Of a stretch of 64,000 nt of DNA, positions 20,661-31,800 are shown one piece after another (position 1 is the first letter of the stretch; each line of letters starts with the position of its first letter). Where the stretch lies: assembly GCF_011386835.1 (NCBI RefSeq), contig NC_088815.1, positions 13,516,001 through 13,580,000 of the forward strand, in the 5' to 3' direction. The translations under genes and the position numbers were made by a program. The DNA is from Chrysemys picta bellii. Taxonomy: Eukaryota. Below the pieces are notes generated by a model that ran no database searches, was not told where the DNA came from, and saw nothing but the letters and a program-made list of their open reading frames with translations.

Positions 20661-23600
20661 ATCTCGGCACCTCAGTATTCAACTATGGAAATCCACACGG
20701 ATTATGCATTTTATGCAAAGTTGCATACATTTAATGCCAGTAAAAATACACTGGGTTTTGCCTTACTGGTATGGTTCTGTCTCTGAAAAGGAGGCTAATG
20801 ATGTTGAGCTACATCCTAGGGTTAGCTGGTGTTTGACTCGTGCTGTGGGTTAGACAAGTGTGGGGAAATGCCTAAAATCCACAGCAGGAAACATTTTCAT
20901 TCACTTCTGAAATGAAGCAGTGGGGCCTATGGGTGAAAGCAGATGCTCGGCCGCCAGGAGGCCTGGGGGTCTATCCCATTCTGGGAGAACTTAGGCAAAT
21001 CACATCCCCACGCTGTGATTCAGTTTTGCCATCTGTAAAATGGGAAGGATCATACAGGGATAGCGCACACCAAATTCCCTCGGCAGTTGGGCAGCTGAGT
21101 GAGAGTGTGTGTGTGAGTGTGTGTGTGCACGCACACACACACGAGGGCATGAGTGTACTAGAGATCCAATCTTGCACTTCATTTCTCAGTCAGATCAGCA
21201 GGTGGCAGCTGTCAATTGTATTTTCCCACTGAAGGGCTCTAGCATGCAGTGGTGAAATCAGTTTCACTTCAGCAAAGACCTTTAGATGTTAGTTGTGGAG
21301 TGTAACTACCTATAGCCCTCGTCACCCCAGTCCTCAGTTTCACTGCCCAGGGGCAAGTCGCCTTCCCGGGGATAATGGCTACAAGGCCCTTCTCCCAGTT
21401 GCTAGATTTTAAAATAGAATTGCGCAGAATGTGGCCAAGGTCTCTCGCAGAGGGGACTCGCGTGGCGCTGACTTTCCCAAGGAATGCTCCGTTCATTTCC
21501 CCCAGCACCTTCCCTGTGCCATGGCTTCTCCCCAGAGCCAGAGGAAAGAGTCTAACTCCATGGCCCATTTCACCCTCACCTCTCTGCTGAGCCTGCCGTC
21601 AAAGGGCCGTGTGTCATGGGTGCCCACCTGGACCAAGGCCCACCTAACCCACCAAAGAGCCACTGGATGGTCACAAGTTTTGGCCACTGCCAGCCTGACC
21701 TTGCGGGTTGCAACTTTTCAAACGTCATCCCCTGGGACAAGGATGTCACGTCGTGACAACACCTGCATCACAACGTCACATTGGCCCCTCCCAAGGCCAC
21801 GGCTGTGGTTTATATTCCAGCAGCACCTCCAGGCCCCTTCTGAACTCAAGGAGCAGTTGTGCTAGGTGCTGGATATTCACACAGTGAGAGACGCTCCTGC
21901 CAGCACAAGAGACAAATCCCCATTGGGCGGGTGGGGAACTGAAACACACAGCGGTTCAGTGAGTGGCCTGAGGGGACACAGTCGGGGAGACGGCAGAAGC
22001 AGGAGTTGACCCCAGGTCTCCAGGCTCCCAAACCAGAAGGCCACACTCTCAAAACCAGAGAGGGCTGCATTAGCCCCAAAGGTATATCAGTTCTGTGGGT
22101 GTGTTTCCATGCAGTGTTTAATGGCTCCCGTGATTAGGGCTGGGGCTGTAGGATAACCAAATCCATATTGGGAGCATCTAACCTAATCCACCAATTGCCA
22201 CGGGGCAGAAACCCACACAGGCTCCTGGCGGTGCCCGCTGGAGAATGCACCAGAGCAGCAGCAGGTGTGGGGTAAGGTTTGATAACCTGCTTTCAGCCCC
22301 GCTTCTGCAAACATGTTGTGGTTTGGGTGCCACTGGAAATGCAGAAGTGGCCAAGGAGCAGGTGACCTTTGACAGCAGACGGTCTTGCACCCCTAGCACG
22401 CACACACACACAGACACAGACACACACACACACACTCTGGTGGTTTGTTTTCAGACTGGCTTTTCTCCACCTTTCACACCCAGCAGAGCGTGGGGCTGGC
22501 TGCCAGCCAGGTAAGCTGTCTCCTGTCCTCGGCCAGCCTGTGCAGGGTGATGCAAACCGGCCTGGGCATGGGAAGCAGGGCCAGCCTGGAGGGAGTGGCA
22601 GTTCAACTGTCCTGATTGCAAAAAGCCTAACGAGCAGAACACGGGGGAAGTGGCAGCTGCAGCTGTCTGCCTGTCCTGATGCCGCTGTCTAGTGCTCTGA
22701 GTGAAGCAACGGGGAATTAGGGTGTGTGTGGGGGTGGGTGCTCACCCGGGCTGCACCCCCCTCCGGGGGAAATGCTCAGAGCCAGGCGGGGGAGTGTGCA
22801 GTTCCCAGTGCTGGGGCGTCCTCGCCAGGCAAGGTGATAACAGGGTGGGGGGAAGCTCTTGGCGGATGGCCTTTGCTGTAGCTCTTCGAACAGAGTCGTG
22901 GCAAGTCGGATGCTCCAACTTCCTTCCTTCCCTTGCAAATGGGCCCAGAAAAGAGGCCGATAGGGGAATCCATCCCCAACATAGCAGACTCCCACTCAGA
23001 TGGCCCTCCCACGGCCAGGCTGCAACCCCCAGCAGCGGAGGAGAAATAGTCACCCTCATGGATGCAGCCCTGGCAGATCCACCTCGCTCCAATACTGAAA
23101 GTATTCAACCAGCATTGAGCCATACACCGAATATCCCATGCCACACAGATAGTCACCACACAGATACAAGCAGCTACAACCAGGCAAACTGCAAGCACAT
23201 CAAGACACATGGAGAGCAGGATCCCAGCCCTGTTACTACAGGCCCTGTCATTTGTCCTCTAAAATATGAACACTGGCAAAAATGACCCCAGCTAAATTCC
23301 TCTGGTTCCTGAAAGGGGAAGATCAGCAAAAGACCAGCATTAAAACATAGAGCAAAGCGTTTGTCCTACAAACCTGTGCTTAACCCTGCAAGACATTTTA
23401 AGATACAGCTGTCCTGCGGCTTTTTACTTTAAGCCCCTTCTCTAGTTCTTTTTTTTTTTTTTTAATTAAAGGAGAGTTGCGGCTGTAAACTGAGGCTGTA
23501 ATGTATTATTATGAATGACATGTGATTAATAAAGGGGGTAGTTTCGCTTGGTGGGAGTTTTATATCCTGTTAAACAGAAGGTGTTGAAATGCCCCCTTTA

Positions 23601-24859
23601 AACGAAGGTTTGGTTGGGAGAATGTCAAGCCAAAACCTTTAATCTTTAGTCAGATTTGGAGTCTGTAAATATGGCTCTGTATTCAACACCCTGGTGGATT
23701 ACTCAATGCAAGGCTCTGAAGGGATGGTAGAGAAATCACTCCGCCTGTATGTTTCCTAGCTTCACTTGACAATGGGGCCGGCCTTGTGCAGCATGTCCTG
23801 CTCCTTCCCCAGAGGTGGCTGCACTTTGGTGGGGCTGTGATTAGACAGTCAGGATGTATGGGAATGAAAGATGCTATGGGAGGGTCAGAGGTCATTGGGG
23901 ATAGACACAGTGGGGAGTACTGCTCTTTGCAAATGTCCCTGCCATGATGCCTCCCCCCAGCGTCCTGCTCTGATGCCCTCACTGCTCCCTACCGTGTGTT
24001 CACCTGTATGTAAGTACACTTGTATTAAGTGCACACTTAAGTATTTAAAGTACTCCACATGCTTGTACTTAAGTACCTGACATATTCTGTACTTCGTGCT
24101 TGTATTTCAATACATTCTAAAAGTACCTAAAGGATAATTTTCTTTGATCTAGGAGTACCTTTTCAAAATAGTTTTTTGAAACAATCACCTGCCTCTCCAA
24201 TCTCCTGTATTCTGTTTGGTCCCTAGAACCTGGCTTGGGAGCTTCAGGCCCTGAGTTCTGCCTGCCAGAGCTTTTTCTTGCTTGGTAGAAAATGGGAAGG
24301 CGGGACTTAGAAACCGGTTTCGGAATATTTTGAGCTGTGATACAGCTGCAAGTAACAGAAGTACAAAGTCATTTGCTGCTGCTTCTGTATCCCAGTCATT
24401 TTTTAAGTTGCGTTGGCTGCAGAATCAGGATTAGAGAAAAAATGCAAAGGAACTTTTTTTTTTTTTTTTTATAAGATCTGGATTTTTGTGACAACCTCAA
24501 GCTACAGCATCCAAAGGTATACAGCTATATACACTGGAAAGGAAATGTAGACATTTATTTACATTGCTAAGAGATTTGTTCATTGTTATTCCATGCTGCC
24601 TTGTGTAGATGAATAAAAAGTCATCGCTGCTCTTTTTCTTTCTCTTCCACTATGTGCTTTTATTATTTATGTAGTTGTCCATATATTGACCAGACAATCG
24701 CAGGGAATACGGGAGTTGAGAACACTTGCACATGTACTTTTAAATACATAAGTACTGTCTCCACAACATACTTGTACTCCGATGTACTTCTGTAACGGTG
24801 TACTTGGCACCTAGACTTAAGTGCTTTTTATGGCAACACTGCAGGAGCAGCCCTGCTTC

Positions 24860-25290
24860 CTCCCCAGTTCCCAGCCCTGATAGTCCCCAAACTCCAGCCC
24901 TGATGCCCCCCAGTCTCCATAAGTCCTGATGCCCCCATACCCCCCAGGTCCCCCAAGCCCCGATGCCCCCCAGCCCCAATGCCTCCTGATCTCCCAGCCC
25001 CGATGCCCCGCAGTCTCCATAAGTCCTGATGCCCCCCATAGCTCCCCAGGTCCTCCAAGCTCTGATGCCCCCTAGCCCCAATGCCCCCTGATCTCCCAGC
25101 CCCGATGTCCTCCAGTCTCCATAAGTCCTGATGCCTCCCGTACCTCATCCCAATGCCCCCAGGTCCCCCAAACCCTGATGCCCCCTAGCCCCAATGCCCC
25201 CAGACTCCATATGTCCTGATGCCCCCCATACCCCATCCCAATGCCCCCCAGGTCCCCCAAGCCCTGATGCCCCCCGCCCTGAAGCCCCCC
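24860..25290. repeat. C-rich higher-order tandem repeat (about 100-bp unit built from about 15-18-bp monomers)
   Basis: The anchor AGTCTCCATAAGTCCTGATGCC recurs at 24912, 25012 and 25114, with a variant at 25202; monomer ccc(c/t)gatgcccc throughout. Confidence 0.9.
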
Positions 25291-25399
25291 AGCCCCCAAT
25301 CTATGCTGTCCCCATCCCCATCCCCTCTGGTCCCTGGGCTTTCCCCTCTGACACCCCCACCCCCATTGTCCCCTCCTAGTGGCCGGCCCCTTTAAGAGC

Positions 25400-25830
25400 C
25401 CCGCCCAGCCGGTCTCCCCTTCGTGCCCCCTGATTGGCCGGCGATGACATCAGCGGGGCGGGGTGTTCGCCGCGGTGACGTAAAAGCGGGAAGGGGCGGG
25501 GCCAGCCACCGCACGTCGTGCTGGAGCCCGAGCCGGAAGATGGCGGCGGCGGGAGCCGCCGAGCGCGCGAGCCGGGGGGAGGCGCCGCCCCGCGAGCCCG
25601 CCGGGCCCCGCCGCTACTCGCTGCTGGTGATCGTGGGCGGCGGCTGCCACCGGCCCGGCCTGCTGGGCGCCGTGCTGGCCGCGCTGGAGAGAGGTGAGCA
25701 GGGCCCCGCCCGCGCAGCGCCGTGCACACCCCCCCCCCCGCCGGGCCCGTGCAGCGCCGTGCACCCCTCGGCCGAGTGCCGCTGCAGCCCCGGGCAGCAC
25801 GGGCCGAGGCGCTGCGGGCCCCATTCATCG
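25400..25830 (+). promoter_or_regulatory. MAP1S CpG-island promoter
   Basis: Very CpG-dense. Reverse CCAAT (gattgg) at about 25433, TGACATCA 25445-25452, GC box GGGGCGGGG 25455-25463, CRE-like TGACGTAA 25476-25483 and a YY1 motif AAGATGGCGGC over the ATG. Confidence 0.8.
25540..25693 (+). CDS. MAP1S: MAP1S exon 1
   Basis: aagATGgcg context; [51 protein letters not shown], then donor GTGAGC. Confidence 0.9.
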
Positions 25831-28800
25831 CCCTGCTTGCACCCAGTGCACCGGTGCATGCAGCTCCTCTGTCCGGGACATCTCCCCGCCCTTCCCCCCC
25901 CGGCTTTCCCGGGGCTCCCCCTGGCACCGTGCACCTCCTGTGTCCGGGGCTCCCCCATGCACCGGTGCATGCAGCTCCTGTGTCCGGGACATCTCCCCGC
26001 CCTTCCCCCCGGCTTTCCCGGGGCTCCCCCATGCACCGGTGCATGCAGCTCCTCTGTCCGGGACATCTCCCCGCCCTTCCCCCCGGCTTTCCCCATGCAG
26101 GCGCCTGTGGGAGGCGTTGATACTTCAGACTGGGTGGGGGAAGGGCGTGCAAAGTCCAGTTGTGGTGGTCTAGTGCAGCCCTCCCACCCAGTTATTGCTT
26201 ATGTTTAAAGGGAGTCTCTCCTATTGGGGGGGGCAGTTTATGGTGCTTTTAACCTGGGTGGGGGTGACAGCAGGGCTGGCCCCAGCTCCGTGAATCCTGG
26301 ACTCTTGTATTGCTTAGCGCTCCCTTTGCCTAGGTGTAGTTCCATCCCATTTCCCCCTCTCGACTTCTGGTTGCACCTGGGCACCCTGGGCATGGAGACC
26401 CACGGTGCGGCGTGTAGCAGCAGCAGACAAAGGTTGGGGGTGGCTTTGTTAACGCTGGGATGGGCTGCGACCCGTTTGCAACTCAAGAAATGAGAGCGGG
26501 GCGGGGGAGCATCCGACATGATGGATGGGGGGCAGCTGGCCCGCGCTGGGCCTCGGGAGAGCCGTCCGCCTGGAGAAGCTTGTCTCCACTCGGGAAGCGG
26601 TCTGGAGCGCTGGTCTGTCCGGGTGTGTTCGGGCTTAGTGGGGCAGCGTGGTTTGAGGAAACGGCCAGCTAAAACTAGGAAGGGCTGAGTTGTAATGAAC
26701 CCTGCTTCAGAGCTTCCTCCAAGGACTTGCTGGGGAGCTGCATTTACTGTTCCCGAGCCGGTGATGGAAACCGTCGCCTGGAGCGGGATGTCTGAACGTT
26801 GGCCGGCTGCGGGGGGTTCCGTGTTCTTAGCCTGGCACTGGCATTATGGTATTAATGGGGGGGGCCTAGAGGTGCTGTGAGCACTGAGCTAGTGTCTCCT
26901 TCTGCCGGAGGGGCTTTCAAGGCCTGGAAGGGGCACAAATTTGGAAGTGATCTTTTAAAAAAAATTCATCCACCACGCGTGAACTGAGTAAGCAGCCTGA
27001 GAAGGCTAAAACTGTTACGTTGAGCAAGGTTTATGCAACTCTGCATTTTCTTGCCCCCCCCCCCCCAATCGCTTCTAATACCCTAATCTTGCACCATCTC
27101 CCTTTGGTTGGAAGATCGTTAACCGTTCCACAGACTGGGGGATGGTGGAGGAAAAATACCGATGGATTCGTTCCCTATGATGGGCATGAGGCCGGCCTGC
27201 TAAGCTGGTTTGTAAATCACTAGACGTGACGGGAGTGAAACAGGCTGCGTCTCTGTAATCCCCGCACAGTGGCTGTACGGGGGCCTGGGGTTTGTTGATG
27301 AGCTGGGGTTAGAATTCCTGACGCATTAGTGGGCTCAGGGAGCAAACCCACTCTCCTGGAGTGGGGAGAGGAGCCCAGTTGGCTGGTGTGACTGGCCAGC
27401 GTGGGACAGGAATGAACAGATGGCTGCTGTATAAGGGCGTACGGTAACTGGGGAGGCAGAAGGCAGAGAGACGCAGCGGCTGTCGTTCGCTTTCGGAACA
27501 GCGTTTCTAATGCAGCTGATGGCTGTACGTGTTGCCTCTTGAAGGCTGCGCTCCTGTAGCCGGAGGGAACGCTCTTCTGTCTGGCTGAGCCTGGCGCGGC
27601 TGAGTCACTCCTGCAAGGTGCGTGCCTCCAGGGGAAGCAAGCGTGCACCTGTCTTCAGTGGTGAACATCAAGGAACCTGTAACGTGTTTGGAACCTGAAG
27701 GCACGTCTTTGGTGCTGCCTTTAAAGACGCTCCTGACCCCGCTCTGTTAACATCCCGTATGAGGCAGGCATGTCCCAGCCAGGCCTGCGGAGTGGCTCTG
27801 TTCTCCCCAGGAGGTGGCTGCCCAGATGTGTGGGAAGCTGCGAAGGACGAGTTGGGGCACATGGACGGGCTTCTCACACGAGAGCGGAGACTGAACCTCA
27901 GGCCGTTACGGCTGCAAAGAAACCGTCAGCATGTGGAGTGTATCGGAGCTTGGGGAGAACGTGAAGCAGTAGCTGGGGAGTGTTCATTTCGCCGGGGGCT
28001 GACTCAGAGGCCGTCAACAGTTAAAGCTGTAAGGAAGGGGGCAGAAGTGTCATTGTGAAGATTTCCACCAGCCGTCTGGGGCAGGGAGTGTGCAGCTATA
28101 AACCAAGGTTCATTGAACTCGCAGGGGAGGCTGTGAGGGGGAACGCGGCTGGTTTCCTTTCCCCGAGGAGCCGCTCGGCGAGCGTCAGGAGTTCGAAAGC
28201 CCTGGGATAAAGCTGTCTGTGGGTAGCAGGGGCGTTTGATCCTGTTGTCTTCGAGCTGACTCATCGGGAGCGTTCTGGAGCCAGTGACTGGAGGGAGTTG
28301 GGCTGTGACCCCTTCTGACCTTTCGTTTTCAAACCCGAATTGTAGAAGGATGTTACTCAGCCAGGGGTGGGGGGTCAGCTGAGGCATCAGCATGTGTCAC
28401 CGGGTCCCAGTGTCTAGGAAATGCGGCAAATGCCATAGATGCTCTGACTCTGTGCGCCTAATTAAGCCTATTCCGGAGCGTAATTATCCTTTAGAGTTTT
28501 TCCTAATATCGAACCTAAATCTCCTTTGCAGCAGATTAAGCTCATCACCTCCCATCCTACCTTCAGTGGTCATGGTGCACAGTTGATCACCATCATCTTT
28601 ATAACAGCCCTTAGCTGTCTCCAGATATGTTATCCGGTCCCCCTTTGTCTTCGGGGTGAGCATATTGGACCTAGTCTCCCCACCACGCTGCCCCGGGGGC
28701 CCTGATCACCCTGCGTCTGACCCACACCTCAGAACTGTCCGAATTGCCCTGGACTTTTCCCCTGCTGGTGTCCTGTCTCCTGCCCGCGCGGGACCAACAG

Positions 28801-31800
28801 GGTTCAAAAGCACTAGATAAGTTCATGGAGGATATGTCCATCAATGGCTATTAGCCAGGCTGGGCTGGGACGGTGTCTCTAGCCTCCGTTTGCCAGAAGC
28901 TGGGAATGGGTGACAGGGGATGGATCACTTGATGATTCCCTGTTCTGTTCATTCCCTCTGGGGCACCTTGCACTGGCCACTGCTGGAAGACAGGATACTG
29001 GGCTAGATGGACCTTTGGGCTGACCCAGTCTGGCAGATCCGCCTCCAGCCCTGTCTTCACTCAGCAAAATCCTCCCAGTGGGTTCTGTTCCCACACTAGA
29101 GGGGTGGGGGAGTCTGCTGCTTAGAGCAGGGGTCTGGGAGTCAGGGCCCCTGGGCTGTATTGCTGGCTTTGCCAGGAACTGACCTTCACATCCCAAGTGC
29201 ATGTCACTGCACAGCTGTGCCTCAGTTTTCCTTCAGTGTAATAGTCTGTGAAATCATCGACCCTATTTACAAGCCTCGAGACTCAGTTCCGTGGACAGAA
29301 GTCGCAGGGACAGGGTTGGGGCAGGCTCCTGATCTCGTCTCTGTTGCCAGCACATTGATACCACTCCTGGCTAGCATCGCGTCCTGTGCCGGCGGTCCAG
29401 CTGTCCCTCTCTTGGCCTGCTGGGCAGTCACCCGGCCTGCAGCCAGTAGCTCTAATGCAAACTTGGGGGGAAGCCTCTTAAGGTACTTAAAAGCCTGGAT
29501 GACCCGATTCGTGCTGGCTCTGTTCTTATCTGGCTTGCTGTGGATGTTCCTTTCCGTTTTCCAGGGCCCCATGATGAGCTCAGCCTCCGGCTGACACACT
29601 GCCCTGTCATGCAGGCCTCTCTCCTGACACCAAACAGGAAGCGAGCCACAAAGGGATCGTAGTCAAGTGGTGTGTACAGCCAAGGTGGCGACGGTTCCTG
29701 CCACGTTGGGCTGTTGCTACAGTCTGTTGGCTGAGTTGACATAGCAGTGGGGAGTGTTTTGTTTTGCTGCTGAGAGTTTTGGGCCGGGCGCTGTCCTAGC
29801 AAACTCTCCGCTTGGAATTCCGCTGGCGCTCTGCGGCCGGCTCATCCCCGGCTTGTGCAGGTCTTGGCAGCGTAAGCGCTCATTGGGAAAGGCAGGGCAG
29901 TCCTGGTACTGGGCCCCCAAGGGGCCTCTTCAATCGCAGGTGCTGAATGAGGCAGCCTGGCTCGGCTGCCTTGTGCAGGAGATCGGAGCAGTTCCAGTAA
30001 GTCTCCGAGCAGTACGGAGCTGGGGGAGAAGAGAGATGGCAGGTCGGCTGGGTTGGTAAGTGCAGAGCCCCGCTGGATGGGGCCTGGCCTGCAGACTCCG
30101 CTCGAAGGAGGTGTGGGAGCCACTGCAAACGTCTAGAGGCAGTGCAGTGACCCTGCTTTGCAGCAGGGTGTGACTTGAATTGGTTGCAAGAGACCCAGGT
30201 TAACCCAGTCAGTGCATGTGAGCAGGGACTAGTCAGTGACTCCAAATGCAGGTGAAGTGACACCCATCGCCACTGAGCTGTACTTAGCCGCAGCTGGTCA
30301 GTGACAGCTTCCCTATACGGGGGGAGGGATAGCTCAGTGGTTTGAGCGTTGGCCTGCTAAACCCAGGGTTGTGAGTTCAATCCTTGAGGGGGCCATTTAG
30401 GGATCTGGGACAAAAATCTGTCTGGGGATTGCTCCTGCTTTGAGCAGGGGGTTGGACTAGATGACCTCCTGAGGTCCCTTCCAACCTGATATTCTATGAT
30501 ACTGCCCTGGTAGCACCCCTTAGCCCTGCTCAGCAAAGGGGGGGCTCCTTTGCAGAGGCCAAGGACTGAACGGGCCAAGGGCGCTGTGAAGTGAACAGCT
30601 GTCCCAGGGGAGCTTGCCTGTGAGCACCTGAACTCCTCCCACGGGGGCCACCAAACAGCGCATGGTCACGACCGAGCATCTGCCCATCTGGGCCGGGGTT
30701 TGAACCTGTGACCACCAGGAAGGAAACCGAGGGACCATCTGTTTGGAAGAAGGCTGCGAAAGTGACTCCAGCCTGGAACGCCGCTGGAGCTGGTTGGTCG
30801 GGCTCCCTTGCCACTCATGTCTCTAGTTCTGGGTTGCGAGGAAGAATCGGTTTGGGAATCTGACACGGGCAGCTGCAGGTTAGGGGGCAAGAGGCGCCCT
30901 GAGCTGGACTAGAGGGGAGGTCAGTGCAGACATGGAAGAGGCTGTGTCTTGTGCCAGCCAGCCCCGTAGTCTTGTGGCCGTGGGGGGCAGGAGGGAAGGC
31001 TAGAAGTGCCTTAGCTCACTACCTCTTTTCTGCCAGACAGGTTCTGCAGAGATACTGTCCCTCCAACTTCACCCCCGTTTCCTTCCCCTCCCTCCCTCGT
31101 CGCAGGCCCGTTAAACCAGGACAGCGTTGGAGCAAGGCTGCTAAAGGCCAGGCTCGCTGGGTTGCCTTTAGCAGCCTTGCTGCTGGGTTGCTGGGCATGG
31201 GCCCCTTCTCTCTCTGGCAAGGGTTCAGGGCAGCACTCGACTCCATGCTCCCTCGATCAGCACGGGGAGCTCCTGCTCCCTTGGCGCTGCGCTGACCTCC
31301 CCTCGTGAGGCTGGGAGCGGCTCTCGCTGCCCTGTCTCGCGCTAGCCTGGCCCCCGCGGGTGTCCGCGGGCGCTTGCCCTTTCCCTGGCCAAGCAGCAGA
31401 GGGAAACGGCCTGTTGTTGCCGCAGCCGGAAGCCCTTTCCTTCCCCCATGGTTCGTAGTCCCTCAGACGTCCTTGTGTCTGTCCCAGGACACGTCCTGCC
31501 AGGTAGGAGGAAGGCTGAGGAACCTGCCGGTCTTCAGCAGTTGCGGGGCCAGTGGCAGCAGCTTGTGCCCTGGGCTGGGGCAGCGTCGCGGAGCTGTCAG
31601 GGCGCCCGGATCACGCTGTAGTTTATTGAAGGAACTCTCTCGTCTCCTAGCAGCTGCTCGTGTTTATAGGCCAGGCTTGCAGGGCTGGGCACTAGGCAGA
31701 AGAGGCGTGGGCCCTGCCTGGGAAGGCTTGGCTTGCACGTGGGAATGAGGACAGGGGTGAGGCTGGGGGGAGGTTCAGCACAAGCCTTTAGGGCCACTCC

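Noticed and set aside
22700-23290. Protein-looking frames on both strands between ZP4 and MAP1S
   Set aside because: No recognisable family, in-frame stops in the most plausible minus frame, and no coherent exon chain.
27764-27773. p53 half-site AGGCATGTCC
   Set aside because: Single half-site with no adjacent second decamer.
29571-29596. C/D snoRNA boxes ATGATGA...CTGA
   Set aside because: The boxes are only about 20 nt apart with no terminal stem; the same applies to a similar motif at about 15215.
29267-29599. Minus ORF containing VIQAFKYLK (CR1 RT-like word)
   Set aside because: Only a short motif matches; the flanking residues do not resemble CR1 ORF2.
30320-30395. Possible tRNA gene
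   Set aside because: It is the tRNA-derived head of the Pol III/SINE; it continues into a CR1 tail and lacks a proper acceptor stem and terminator.
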